Positions 55,477 to 64,000 of a stretch of DNA of 64,000 nt are shown here, piece by piece. The notes beneath the pieces are model-generated. The model was given only the letters and a program-made list of their open reading frames with translations, ran no database searches and had not been told where the DNA came from. A program made the translations under genes and the position numbers. This stretch comes from Anaerolineae bacterium (GTDB taxonomy: Bacteria; Chloroflexota; Anaerolineae; Aggregatilineales; Phototrophicaceae). Within the stretch, counting starts at the first letter, position 1. The number at the start of each line of letters is the position of its first letter. The DNA lies in NCBI GenBank assembly GCA_022822545.1, contig JAJEBE010000024.1, forward strand, positions 29,509-93,508, read 5' to 3'.

Positions 55477-56373
55477 CTAGTGTTGCGTCCGCTCGATGAA
55501 GGCGATCACTTCCGCCGCGATCTCTGCGCCTTTTTCTTCCTGCAAGAAGTGACCGGCGCCAGGAATCGTTATCTCCGGTTGATCGGCCGCGGTCGGGAAG
55601 AGCCGCCGGAAGAACTTGGCCGCCCCACCCAGGATGGGATCGTCATCGCTGAACATCACTTGGACTGGCTTCGTCCAGGCCGCCAGCCTTTCACGCGCCG
55701 CCCGCATCTCGGCCGCGCCGGGCATCTCCGGCGAAATCGGCACGAGCGACGGAAAGACCGCCGCGCCCGCTTTATAGCTGTCGTCGGGGTAGGGCGCATC
55801 GTAAGCGGCGATGATATCGGCCGGCAGTTCGTAGCGCGTGATCGTCTGCGCGATCAAACGGCCGACTTGCATGCGCCGGCCCACTTTCTGGCTGAAGGCG
55901 CGCCACTGCAAGAAGGCATCGCTGATCTTCTCTTCGCCTGTCGGCAGGAAGGTATTCAATACAACCAGGCGAGCGAAACGATGCCCTTCATTAGCTGCCA
56001 GCGCCAAGCCCAAAAGACCGCCCCAATCCTGGCAGACCAGCGTGATGTTCCGCAAGTCCAGCGCCTCCGCCAGGCCGAGCAGCTTCTCGTAGTGCATGTG
56101 GTAGCTGTAATCGTCTTCCGAGGCGTATTTGTCTGACCTGCCGAATCCTGCCATATCCGGCGCCAGCACGCGGTAACGCGCGGCCAAAGGCGGGATCATG
56201 CGCCGATACAGATAGGACCAGGTCGGCTCGCCATGCAGGCAGAGTACGGTTTCGTCCCCACCGCCCTCATCGACATAGTGCATTCGCGTATCGCCGATCT
56301 GCGCATAATGCGGCGCGAAGTCGTATTCCGGCAGGTTCTCAAAGCGCGCTTCAGGTGTCCGCAAAACTGTCAT
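55477..56373 (-). CDS. haloalkane dehalogenase-like alpha/beta hydrolase (HLD-I, DhlA-like)
   Basis: LCLHGEPTWSYLYRRMIPPL, APDMAGFGRSDK and DLRNITLVCQDWGG closely follow my recollection of Xanthobacter DhlA. Start MTVLRTPEARF at ATG 56373. Confidence 0.85.
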   Translation of the reverse strand: MTVLRTPEARFENLPEYDFAPHYAQIGDTRMHYVDEGGGDETVLCLHGEPTWSYLYRRMIPPLAARYRVLAPDMAGFGRSDKYASEDDYSYHMHYEKLLGLAEALDLRNITLVCQDWGGLLGLALAANEGHRFARLVVLNTFLPTGEEKISDAFLQWRAFSQKVGRRMQVGRLIAQTITRYELPADIIAAYDAPYPDDSYKAGAAVFPSLVPISPEMPGAAEMRAARERLAAWTKPVQVMFSDDDPILGGAAKFFRRLFPTAADQPEITIPGAGHFLQEEKGAEIAAEVIAFIERTQH

Positions 56374-56632
56374 CACTTGCGCCCGTTCCTCATTTGGCGT
56401 ATGCGCTTGCGCCGCGCCCATTCCGGCCGACTTCCGCCTGTGCAGCGCCGCCAGCGCCGGTATAATATGCCTTATGTACGCAAAAGACCTCTGCCACAGC
56501 CCCATGCGCCTGGACGAATTCTAGCAAGCCTGACCTCGCTTGCACAGTAATTGTCCGTCCCCGCCGCGTCGCCTGGCGGGATTTCCCCCCCCGACTATGC
56601 GAATCATCTGACGAAGGAACCGAGACCCTCTC

Positions 56633-57703
56633 ATGCTGGAAAAACTTGCGGAAGTCGAAAGCCGATATCGTGAACTCGAAGCCTTGATGGGCGACCCGTC
56701 CATTGCGGCAGACTACGAAAGAGTGGCGGAATTGGCGAAGGAGCGCGCCGGCCTGGGCGCCATCGTCGAGGCTTATCGACTGTACCGGAAGCAAGTGCGC
56801 GAGCTGGATGAGGCGCGCGAGCTGCTGCAAGCGGCGGACGATGCTGATATGCGTCAGATGGCGGGGGAAGAGATCGCGGAGCTCGAAGCGAGCACGGCCG
56901 AATTGCTGGAATCTATGCGCCTGATGCTGCTGCCCAAGGACCCGCGCGATAGCAAGAATGTGATCGTGGAGATCCGCGCCGGCGCCGGCGGCGATGAAGC
57001 CGGCATCTTCGCCGGCGATCTGATGCGCCTCTACACCCGCTATGCCGAATCCAAACGCTGGAAGGTCGAACTGCTCGATGTCAATGAGCAGGGCAACGGC
57101 GTCTTCAAGAACATTACTTTTCGGATCAAAGGCGAGGGCGCCTTCAGCCGCCTCAAATTCGAAAGCGGCGTGCATCGCGTCCAGCGCGTGCCAACAACCG
57201 AAAGCCAGGGCCGCATTCATACCAGCACTGCCACCGTCGCCGTCCTCGCCGAGATGGACGAGGTCGATGTCAAGTTAAATATGAGCGATGTCGAGACGCA
57301 GGTATTCCGCGCGCGCGGGGCCGGCGGGCAATCGGTGAACACCACCGACTCGGCCGTCCGTCTTATCCACAAGCCGACCGGTCTGGTGGTCGAGATGCAG
57401 GACGAGCGCAGCCAACTGCAGAATAAGCTGCGCGCCAAGCAAGTCTTGATCGCCCGGCTCTATGAGGCCGAAGTCGAGCGGCAGCGGTCCGAGCGCGAGG
57501 CCGAACGCCGCGGTCAAGTCGGCAGTGGCGACCGCAGCGAGAAGATCCGCACCTACAATTATCCGCAGGGACGTGTCACCGATCATCGCATCGGCTTCAG
57601 CAGCTTTAACCTGCCCGCTGTTATGGATGGTGAACTGGATGTCTTCATCGATCAACTGGCGACCCAGCAGCAAGCGGAAGAACTGGCGGCCGGCGGTATC
57701 TAG
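56633..57703 (+). CDS. prfA: peptide chain release factor 1
   Basis: GGQ motif (RARGAGGQSVNTTDSAVRLIH). Decoding motif region RVPTTESQGRIHTS. 356 aa. Confidence 0.95.
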   Translation: MLEKLAEVESRYRELEALMGDPSIAADYERVAELAKERAGLGAIVEAYRLYRKQVRELDEARELLQAADDADMRQMAGEEIAELEASTAELLESMRLMLLPKDPRDSKNVIVEIRAGAGGDEAGIFAGDLMRLYTRYAESKRWKVELLDVNEQGNGVFKNITFRIKGEGAFSRLKFESGVHRVQRVPTTESQGRIHTSTATVAVLAEMDEVDVKLNMSDVETQVFRARGAGGQSVNTTDSAVRLIHKPTGLVVEMQDERSQLQNKLRAKQVLIARLYEAEVERQRSEREAERRGQVGSGDRSEKIRTYNYPQGRVTDHRIGFSSFNLPAVMDGELDVFIDQLATQQQAEELAAGGI

Positions 57704-57705
57704 CG

Positions 57706-58575
57706 ATGTTAGCGATTCCTGCCTCGATGGCTGCGGCAGCCAATACCATACGCTCCGCCCTGCGCATGGCGAAAGCCAGCTTGCGGCCATCCGATACGGC
57801 CGATCTCGATGCGGAGACCCTCCTGGCGCGCATCCTGAAGGTCGAGCGCGCCTTCTTCTTGGCCCACGGCGAATACGAACTTGACGCCGCCCAGACACGC
57901 GCCTTCCAGTCCATGATTGAGCGCCGCGCCGCTGGCGAGCCAATCGCTTACATCATTGGCGAAAAAGGCTTTTACGATCTTGACCTGCTGGTCACGCCGG
58001 CCGTGCTCATCCCGCGTCCGGAAACTGAGCTGCTGCTTGAAGAGACGCTGCGACTGACAACCTCCATTGCCGCCGCCAGCATCGCTGATATCGGCACGGG
58101 CAGCGGCGCCCTCGCCATTGCTCTCGCGCGTCACCGACCGCGCTGCCGGGTTTACGCCACTGACATCAGCGCCGACGCCCTCGCCATCGCGCGGCAGAAC
58201 GCCGAAGTCCATGACGCCGCCGTCGCTTTCTTCACAGGCAACCTGGCGGGGCCGCTGATTGACCGCGGCATCAAGGTGGACCTGCTCCTGGCGAACTTGC
58301 CTTATATCGCCAGCGCCGACTTGCAGACGCTGGAGGTAGGGCGCTGGGAGCCGCGCCTGGCGCTTGACGGCGGCGCCGACGGCTTGAGTCTCATCCACGA
58401 GTTGCTGTATCAACTTCCGTCCGTATGCAAACCGGGCGCGCATGTCTTGCTTGAGATCGGCGCTAATCAAGGACCGGCCCTCAAGCAACTCCTTCGCGAT
58501 CGCCTGCGGGCCGATGCTGTCATCTTGCCCGACTACGCCGGCTTTGACCGAATCGTCCACTTCGTCCTCGACTGA
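57706..58575 (+). CDS. prmC: release factor glutamine N5-methyltransferase
   Basis: Directly follows prfA. IADIGTGSGALAIAL (SAM motif I). The catalytic tetrapeptide reads NLPY instead of the usual NPPY. Confidence 0.85.
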   Translation: MLAIPASMAAAANTIRSALRMAKASLRPSDTADLDAETLLARILKVERAFFLAHGEYELDAAQTRAFQSMIERRAAGEPIAYIIGEKGFYDLDLLVTPAVLIPRPETELLLEETLRLTTSIAAASIADIGTGSGALAIALARHRPRCRVYATDISADALAIARQNAEVHDAAVAFFTGNLAGPLIDRGIKVDLLLANLPYIASADLQTLEVGRWEPRLALDGGADGLSLIHELLYQLPSVCKPGAHVLLEIGANQGPALKQLLRDRLRADAVILPDYAGFDRIVHFVLD

Positions 58576-58640
58576 TCACAGCTTTCGTTCAGCCTCTTGG
58601 GTCTCTTAAACTAAGGTCTGCCCTCTCCTTAAGGAACCTT

Positions 58641-58663
58641 GTAGGGGCGGAACACCGCCTCGG
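58641..58663 (+). repeat. GTAG-type REP-like palindrome, degenerate copy R8
   Basis: GTAGGGGCGGAACACCGCCTCGG. Head conserved, tail diverged. Confidence 0.45.
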
Positions 58664-58762
58664 CCGTCGAACACCAACCAATATCTCAGAGGAGCGGTAT
58701 ATTCACCGATTTGGCGCTACAATCGCGCGCATTGACAAACGACAGTTCCAGGTTATCCCTCT

Positions 58763-59884
58763 ATGCTGACCCGCGCCGATTTCCTCATCCGCGATGACAT
58801 CATCTTTTTCAATCATGGTTCCTTTGGCGCTTGCCCGCGCTCGGTCTTCGAGCGCTATCAAGCCTGGCAGCTTGAGCTTGAGCGGCAGCCGATCGAGTTT
58901 CTGCTGCGTGATCGCGGCGGGCTGATGGCGGCGGCGCGATCGCATATCGCCGACTACTTCAATGTTTGCGCCGAGGATATCGTCTTCGTCACCAACGCCA
59001 CCTCCGGCTTGAACATCGCCTTGCGCTCGCTGCCATTGCAATCCGGCGACGAAATCCTCACCACCGATCAGGAATACGGCGCGGTCAACCGCCTGCTGGA
59101 ATTTGTCGCCGCCAAGACCGGCGCGCGCATCATTGAGCATCAAGTCCGTTTGCCTTATGAGACCGACGAAGCTTTTACTGAAGCGCTCTTCGCTGATGCC
59201 AGCGCCAGGACAAAGGCGATCGTCATCAGCCACATCACCTCGCCGACTTCTCTCATTTTCCCGGTCGATGGCATCTGCCGCCGCGCGCGCGAGCGGGGCA
59301 TTATGACCATCATTGACGGCGCCCACGCGCCCGGCCAGCTTCCTGTCGATCTGGCGGCTATTGGCGCTGATATGTATAGCGGCAACTTCCACAAGTGGAT
59401 ATGCGCGCCCAAGGGCTCCGGCTTCCTGCACGCGCGCCCGGAGCGCCAGCCGATGATCGAGCCCTTGGTCATTTCACACGGCTGGCACGAGGGCAGCGGC
59501 TTTGTGGAGCGCAATGAATGGGGCGGCACCCGTGATATCGCGCCCTTTCTGTCCGTTCCCGCCGCCATCGATTACCAACACGAGCATAACTGGGAGCGGG
59601 TCCGCGCCGAGTGCCATCGCCTGGCGGCGCAGGCGCAAGCTCAGCTCTGTGACCGCTACGGATTGACGCCGCTCTCGCGCGATCAATTTGCCCAGATGGT
59701 GACGGCGCCGTTGCCCGATTGTGATGCCGCCGCCGTCAAAGAGCAGCTATACGAGGCCTACCGGATCGAGGCGCCGGTCGGAAAAGCGAATGACCGGTGT
59801 TGGATCCGCATTTCGGTGCAGGCCTACAACACAGCGGATGACATCGCTCAGCTCATGACGGCGCTCGAGACGCTCATCGGCTAA
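58763..59884 (+). CDS. class V aminotransferase (isopenicillin-N epimerase/cysteine desulfurase-like)
   Basis: FFNHGSFGACP N-terminus. SHITSPTSLIFPV, DGAHAPG and SGNFHKW (PLP lysine) motifs. Confidence 0.85.
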   Translation: MLTRADFLIRDDIIFFNHGSFGACPRSVFERYQAWQLELERQPIEFLLRDRGGLMAAARSHIADYFNVCAEDIVFVTNATSGLNIALRSLPLQSGDEILTTDQEYGAVNRLLEFVAAKTGARIIEHQVRLPYETDEAFTEALFADASARTKAIVISHITSPTSLIFPVDGICRRARERGIMTIIDGAHAPGQLPVDLAAIGADMYSGNFHKWICAPKGSGFLHARPERQPMIEPLVISHGWHEGSGFVERNEWGGTRDIAPFLSVPAAIDYQHEHNWERVRAECHRLAAQAQAQLCDRYGLTPLSRDQFAQMVTAPLPDCDAAAVKEQLYEAYRIEAPVGKANDRCWIRISVQAYNTADDIAQLMTALETLIG

Positions 59885-61185
59885 CGCTCGAAGCGCGCCA
59901 CCGTTGTGATGTAGCTGGTGTGGGGCGCCAGATCCAGCGGCTGCAGCCCCCGCAGGCGGAAACCGTCGGCGAGCAATTGCCGGCAGTCGCGGGCCAGCGA
60001 CGCCGGATCGCCACTGACATAAACCAGCCGGCCGACCACAAGGCGCGCCAGCCCGGTCATCGTCTCCCGGCTCAGGCCGGCGCTCGGCGGGTCAACGACG
60101 GCGGCATCGTAGCGCGCGCCTTCCGCGACCATATCGGCGAGCGCGGCTTCAACGGCGCCCTCGATCACATCGATTGTCTCGAAATCGCCGAGGTTGACAT
60201 CAGCATCGCTGACCGCCGGCGGGTAACTTTCGACCAGGGTGACCAGCGCCGCTTCCTGCGCCATGAAGGCGCTGTAGATGCCGACGCCGGCATACAGGTC
60301 CAGCGCGGTTTCGCCGGCTCGCAGACGCAGCGCGCGCATTACTTCCGCGACCAGGGCCTCGATTCCGCTGATGTTCGGGCGCATATAGGCGCCGGCTGTG
60401 ACGCGGAAAGCCCGCCCGGCGATTTCGATTTGGCTTTGCGCGTCGCCGATGAGGTTGACGGGCTCGCGATCGGGCAAGATCAGATTGACGCTGAGCGGCA
60501 GGTCGGCGCTTAATTCGGGCGCTTCTTCCGCATCAAGCTCGAAGATCAGCATCAGCTTGCCATCGCTGCCGCGGCGCAGGGTCAGCCGGCGCGCGGTCGC
60601 GTAATCCAGATCCACTTGCGCCAGCAAATTGAGCAGGTCGGGATGCGCGATATGGCATTCGCCGATGGTCTCAATCCCGCCGCCTTCCCGCCGCAAGCCC
60701 CAGTCGCCGTTCTGATCGCGGCCGAGGCTGATGCTGCTGTTGTACTGCCAGAGCGCCGGCGCCGGCTTCACCGGCCGCAGCGCCGATTCGATCAGTGCAT
60801 CGGGCAGCTTGCCCAGGCGCGATAGCTGATCGGCCAGCACGTCCTGCTTCAAGAGCAATTGGGCCGGATAATCGATATGCTGCCACTGGCAGCCCCAACA
60901 GCGGCCCGTGCCGAAGTGAGGGCAGGGCGGAGAGACGCGGTCGGCGGAAGCGGCATTGAGGCGCAGGCCGCGGGCGAAAAGCGCCTTCTTGCGCTCGCCT
61001 GTGATTTCGACTGTTATCGATTCGCCCGGCAGCGTATAGGGCACGAAGACCGGCTGGCCGCGATACCAGCCCAGGCCGCGGCCGCCATGCGCCATATCGC
61101 TGATTTCCAGTTCAATCCGACGTCTGCGGAGCGGGCTGCTCGCATTGCGCTTGGGCGGCTTTTGTCGCTTGCCTCGCTTTGTCAT
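59881..61185 (-). CDS. TRAM-domain, Fe-S-binding RlmD/RumA-like class I SAM methyltransferase (catalytic residues apparently substituted)
   Basis: TRAM domain (ELEISDMAHGGRGLGWYRGQPVFVPYTLPGE). Cys cluster CPHFGTGRCWGCQWQH plus ECHIAHP. SAM motifs LDLYAGVGIY and VVDPPSAGL. Motif VI reads VYVSGDP instead of VSCNP. Confidence 0.85.
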   Translation of the reverse strand: MTKRGKRQKPPKRNASSPLRRRRIELEISDMAHGGRGLGWYRGQPVFVPYTLPGESITVEITGERKKALFARGLRLNAASADRVSPPCPHFGTGRCWGCQWQHIDYPAQLLLKQDVLADQLSRLGKLPDALIESALRPVKPAPALWQYNSSISLGRDQNGDWGLRREGGGIETIGECHIAHPDLLNLLAQVDLDYATARRLTLRRGSDGKLMLIFELDAEEAPELSADLPLSVNLILPDREPVNLIGDAQSQIEIAGRAFRVTAGAYMRPNISGIEALVAEVMRALRLRAGETALDLYAGVGIYSAFMAQEAALVTLVESYPPAVSDADVNLGDFETIDVIEGAVEAALADMVAEGARYDAAVVDPPSAGLSRETMTGLARLVVGRLVYVSGDPASLARDCRQLLADGFRLRGLQPLDLAPHTSYITTVARFER

Positions 61186-61292
61186 CGAGTTTCTTTGGTC
61201 TGCTTGATTGGGTCAGTATCGCTAAGTTGCGCCGCAGAAAAGAAGAGCCCCGCAATAAGGCGGGACTCTGTCGGTGTCAGCACTTTGCCGGG

Positions 61293-62087
61293 CTACTGGT
61301 CGTCGCTGGCGCGATAGTTGATGCCGGCTTTATCGAGCTCGCGCTGCACCATTCGCTCAAAGATGCTGTAGGGCTGGGCGCCGCTCAAAATCTGCCCGTT
61401 GATGAAGAAGCCCGGCGTGCCGCGAATGCCGGCCAGTTGTCCGTCCAGCCCGTCAATATCGACTTCATCAACGTAGGTTCCTTCGTCCAGGCATTCGGTG
61501 TAGCGCTCCATATCCAGCTCGTGTTTCTCGGCCGTCTCGATGTAGAAGTCCCGCCCCAGCGCGCTTTGATCGGCGAAGAAATCAGCGCGGAATTCCCAGA
61601 ATTTGCCTTGCTCGAAGGCGCATTGGGCCGCGGCCGCGGCCGGCGTCGATTCCTCCGTCAAGCGGGCGAAGTCACGATAGACATAGCGGATGTACTGCCC
61701 GTAATTCTCCAGCAGGGGGGCGAAGGTCTGGTCAAAATGCCGCTTGCAATAGCCGCAGAAGAAGTCGCTGAATTCGATGATGACGACCGGCGCGTCGGTT
61801 TCTCCCAGATAGGGGTCGTCATCGACCAGGGCGAAACGGTCGGGGGCTTCGTCCGCCGCCGCTTCCAAAGCCCGCTCTTCCAGGACGCTGGCGACGACAG
61901 CGCGCAACTGCGCCTCATCAAAGGCGACCGGTTCCTGCTCGGCTTCCGGCCGGGGCGCGGCGCGGCCCAGGACCAGCCCGATGACGAAGCAGACCACGGC
62001 GATCGCCACGTAATGCAATATCACAGGCGAGTTACCGTTGGCCGTGTGGGGCGCTTCCACCCGCGCAGCATCATTCGCGTCGTCCAT
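61293..62087 (-). CDS. DsbA-like thiol:disulfide oxidoreductase, membrane-anchored
   Basis: N-terminal TM helix. Thioredoxin-fold active site FSDFFCGYCKRH. C-terminal GTPGFFINGQ. Confidence 0.8.
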   Translation of the reverse strand: MDDANDAARVEAPHTANGNSPVILHYVAIAVVCFVIGLVLGRAAPRPEAEQEPVAFDEAQLRAVVASVLEERALEAAADEAPDRFALVDDDPYLGETDAPVVIIEFSDFFCGYCKRHFDQTFAPLLENYGQYIRYVYRDFARLTEESTPAAAAAQCAFEQGKFWEFRADFFADQSALGRDFYIETAEKHELDMERYTECLDEGTYVDEVDIDGLDGQLAGIRGTPGFFINGQILSGAQPYSIFERMVQRELDKAGINYRASDDQ

Positions 62088-62200
62088 GTCGTCCCCTTCG
62101 CGTTTATTCAGGATTGCTCGATGAGCAAGTGTACTCGAGTTCTTGCGCCATGCCTATTGAGATCTATCTGATCGCCCGCTGCCGCTGTGACTTGTGGTTT

Positions 62201-62226
62201 CGGGCGACATGGTATGTCGCCCCTAC
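62201..62226 (-). repeat. GTAG-type REP-like palindrome, copy R9
   Basis: Plus strand CGGGCGACATGGTATGTCGCCCCTAC. Confidence 0.85.
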
Positions 62227-62781
62227 CGATCGTTGGTTTAGCGAAGTTATCATGCTGTGATCATGCAGCCACTCTCAGTTAGTGTTGGGGTAAGGTTTGT
62301 CCTTTGTCCATTGTCGGACAAGGGAAATACCTTTTCGGTCAAAGGAACCGGTTTTCTGGGCGAAACGGACAAAAGGCAGGCGGCTGCCGGTATGATTTTG
62401 GTATGCCGGCGCAGCGGCGCAATCGCCGGCTTCCGCCCCTGGCTGCCGCTGAACAGCGCCTGGTTGCGCCTCTAGATCCCGCGAGTCTATCGACACAGTA
62501 GGGATACAGACCGTGTTTTCGGCGGAGGGCATCGGTGGGATGCTGCGATTGAGAGCCTGCGATAATTGATCCATAGGGGGAGTGTAGCATGATTTTGAGT
62601 AGAAGGAAAGAACGAATGTTCGCGAATTTTCGAGATCGCCGACATTGAGTTTGAAACTTGTCGCGGATGTCAATTTTGAAGCGATTGGCCTGATCTATTC
62701 GTCCATTTGCGGACAAGAGTATCAACGGCGCGAAATCTCTCGTTATAATTGCGGAACGGGAATAGCAGCGGAGGATGACAT

Positions 62782-63753
62782 TTGCCCGAGCGCTTGCAGG
62801 GTCTGATCGTCAAAGAGCAGAGCGGCTTCTATTGGGTCGAGGTTAAGGACCAGGCCACTTATATGTGCGAGCTGCGCGGGCGGCTGAAGGAGGAGGCCAA
62901 GTCTTCAGATATCGCCGCCATTGGCGACCGCGCCAGCATCAGCTTGCGCCGCGAGGAAGGCACCGATGTCTTGATGGGCGTGATCGAAGAATTGGCGCCG
63001 CGAAAGAGCGTTCTGTCGCGGGCCCTGCGCACGACTGGCAAACGGGGCGCCGGCCAAGCCGAGCGCGAGCAGGTGCTCATCGCCAACGTCGACCGCGCTC
63101 TGTTCGTCTTCTCGGCGGCGCAGCCAGCGCCAAACCTGAAGATGCTGGATCGATTCCTGGTCGCCGGTGAAAAATCCCAGATCGCGGACTTGCTGATCGT
63201 GCTCAACAAGATCGACCTGGAGTATTCGCCGGATATCGATGAGATCTTCAGCGCTTATGAATCAATCGGCTATCCGGTCTTCCGCAGCAGCGCCTTGCGC
63301 GGCGATGGCATAGACAGCTTAAAATCTGTCCTGGGCGATGGCATTTCGGTATTCACCGGACCTTCCGGCGTCGGCAAGACCAGCCTGCTCAACCGCATCC
63401 AGCCCGGCTTGGGGCGGCAGGTCAAAGCGGTGGGGCAGCACTCGGCCGAAGGCGTCCACACCACTCGCGACAGCGCCCTGGCGCGCCTGGAAGGCGGCGG
63501 CTACCTGGCCGATACGCCGGGCATAAGGTCTTTGACAGTTTGGGATATCGAGCCTGACGAGCTGGATGCTTACTATGCCGATATCCAACCCTACGTGCTC
63601 GACTGCAAGTTCAGCAATTGCACACACATCGACGAGCCGGATTGCGCCGTCCGCCGCGCCGTCGAGCGTGGCGCGATACTGCCGCGGCGCTACAAGAATT
63701 ACCTCGACTTGCGCGAGGAATTGCGCGATACCTATATCATCTACAACCGCTAG
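62782..63753 (+). CDS. rsgA: ribosome small subunit-dependent GTPase A
   Basis: TTG start. OB domain, circularly permuted GTPase (LNKIDL, GPSGVGKTSLLN) and zinc finger CKFSNCTHIDEPDCAV. Confidence 0.9.
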   Translation: MPERLQGLIVKEQSGFYWVEVKDQATYMCELRGRLKEEAKSSDIAAIGDRASISLRREEGTDVLMGVIEELAPRKSVLSRALRTTGKRGAGQAEREQVLIANVDRALFVFSAAQPAPNLKMLDRFLVAGEKSQIADLLIVLNKIDLEYSPDIDEIFSAYESIGYPVFRSSALRGDGIDSLKSVLGDGISVFTGPSGVGKTSLLNRIQPGLGRQVKAVGQHSAEGVHTTRDSALARLEGGGYLADTPGIRSLTVWDIEPDELDAYYADIQPYVLDCKFSNCTHIDEPDCAVRRAVERGAILPRRYKNYLDLREELRDTYIIYNR

Positions 63754-63777
63754 GGGCGATCCGGCGAGCCGTCCGCC

Positions 63778-64000
63778 TCAGCCTTCAAACAGGTTATCGC
63801 CGCGGGAGAGGCGACGCGCGATGGTGAATGTCTGCAGTTGGGAGCGCATGGTTGGCGCATGCGCCGCCAAATAACGCGCCGCCGCGATCAACACATGGTT
63901 CGCCCGCGTTTGGGATTCCGCGCTTATGATGCTGTACTGATTAAAAGCGGCTTCAACACACTGGATGGTGTGGAAATTGCGATCCTCGCGCAGCAGCAGA
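63778..64000 (-). CDS. partial CDS (C-terminal 73 codons; continues beyond window), unknown function
   Basis: Open frame from the window edge to TGA (complement of 63778-63780). Translates ...LLLREDRNFHTIQCVEAAFNQYSIISAESQTRANHVLIAAARYLAAHAPTMRSQLQTFTIARRLSRGDNLFEG. GC-rich third positions. Not in the ORF track because the start lies outside the window. Confidence 0.4.
   Translation of the reverse strand, partial: LLLREDRNFHTIQCVEAAFNQYSIISAESQTRANHVLIAAARYLAAHAPTMRSQLQTFTIARRLSRGDNLFEG

Noticed and set aside
56461-56466. Numerous TAnAAT hexamers 20-170 nt upstream of genes, for example 21-26, 22603-22608, 56461-56466, 58718-58723 and 62744-62749.
   Set aside because: They are plausible -10 boxes in a GC-rich genome, but most lack a convincing -35 or extended TG. 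Only three of the better-supported cases are listed as features (two with an extended TG, one a plain TATACT box), at low confidence.
62230-62740. Possible RNase P RNA, tmRNA, SRP RNA, or a TPP or cobalamin riboswitch in the long spacer.
   Set aside because: I could not find the conserved cores on either strand (GGAAAGTCCGG, the tmRNA tRNA-like ends, the SRP GGAA-containing domain IV, the CTGAGA THI-box, or the B12 box). It is reported only as an unexplained spacer.

Overview
GC-rich bacterial chromosomal window. Thr/Pro-rich linkers, ABC-type glycan uptake and the absence of outer-membrane machinery suggest a monoderm, Chloroflexota-like organism, but that lineage is inference only. I call 56 CDS (one partial at the right edge), one tRNA-Arg(ACG), nine copies of a GTAG-headed palindromic repeat (two inverted doublets), an 18-bp perfect inverted repeat and a few hairpin terminators. 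No CRISPR array, rRNA, integrase or transposase gene is visible. Layout: 0-3.8 kb holds two paralogous TPR membrane proteins and an aldo/keto reductase. 4.2-8.5 kb holds DUF1028, a GT-C glycosyltransferase and a small-protein/NfeD/stomatin operon. 8.5-22.4 kb is a sulfatase-rich fucoside utilisation locus: GH29 fucosidase, Ldh_2 oxidoreductase, three Cys-type sulfatases and two ABC importers arranged as mirror-image operons. The tRNA-Arg gene lies at 22.4 kb. 22.6-38.9 kb is a cell-envelope block with two class A PBPs, GT2, two GT4, an acetyltransferase, an M28 lipoprotein peptidase, an epimerase and a TIR-like/FHA fusion protein. 39-64 kb is mostly housekeeping (sigma-70, YceD, GuaA, AcpS, DeoC, RF1/PrmC, RsgA, DsbA-like) interspersed with unusual fusions and degenerate enzymes. 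Most noteworthy: (1) the mirrored permease-permease-SBP-sulfatase operons diverging from a 223-bp quasi-palindromic hub; (2) the REP/REPIN-like GTAG repeat family with compensatory stem changes; (3) a TIR-like-FHA protein apparently co-transcribed with a GT4 and an M28 peptidase, near a PBP with a 145-aa Thr/Pro-rich cytoplasmic tail; (4) an RlmD/RumA-like methyltransferase that keeps its Fe-S and SAM motifs but seems to lack the catalytic Cys and Glu; (5) a SixA-nitroreductase fusion. Nothing here matches a named defence or mobile system. All functional calls rest on by-eye motif recognition, with no searches run.
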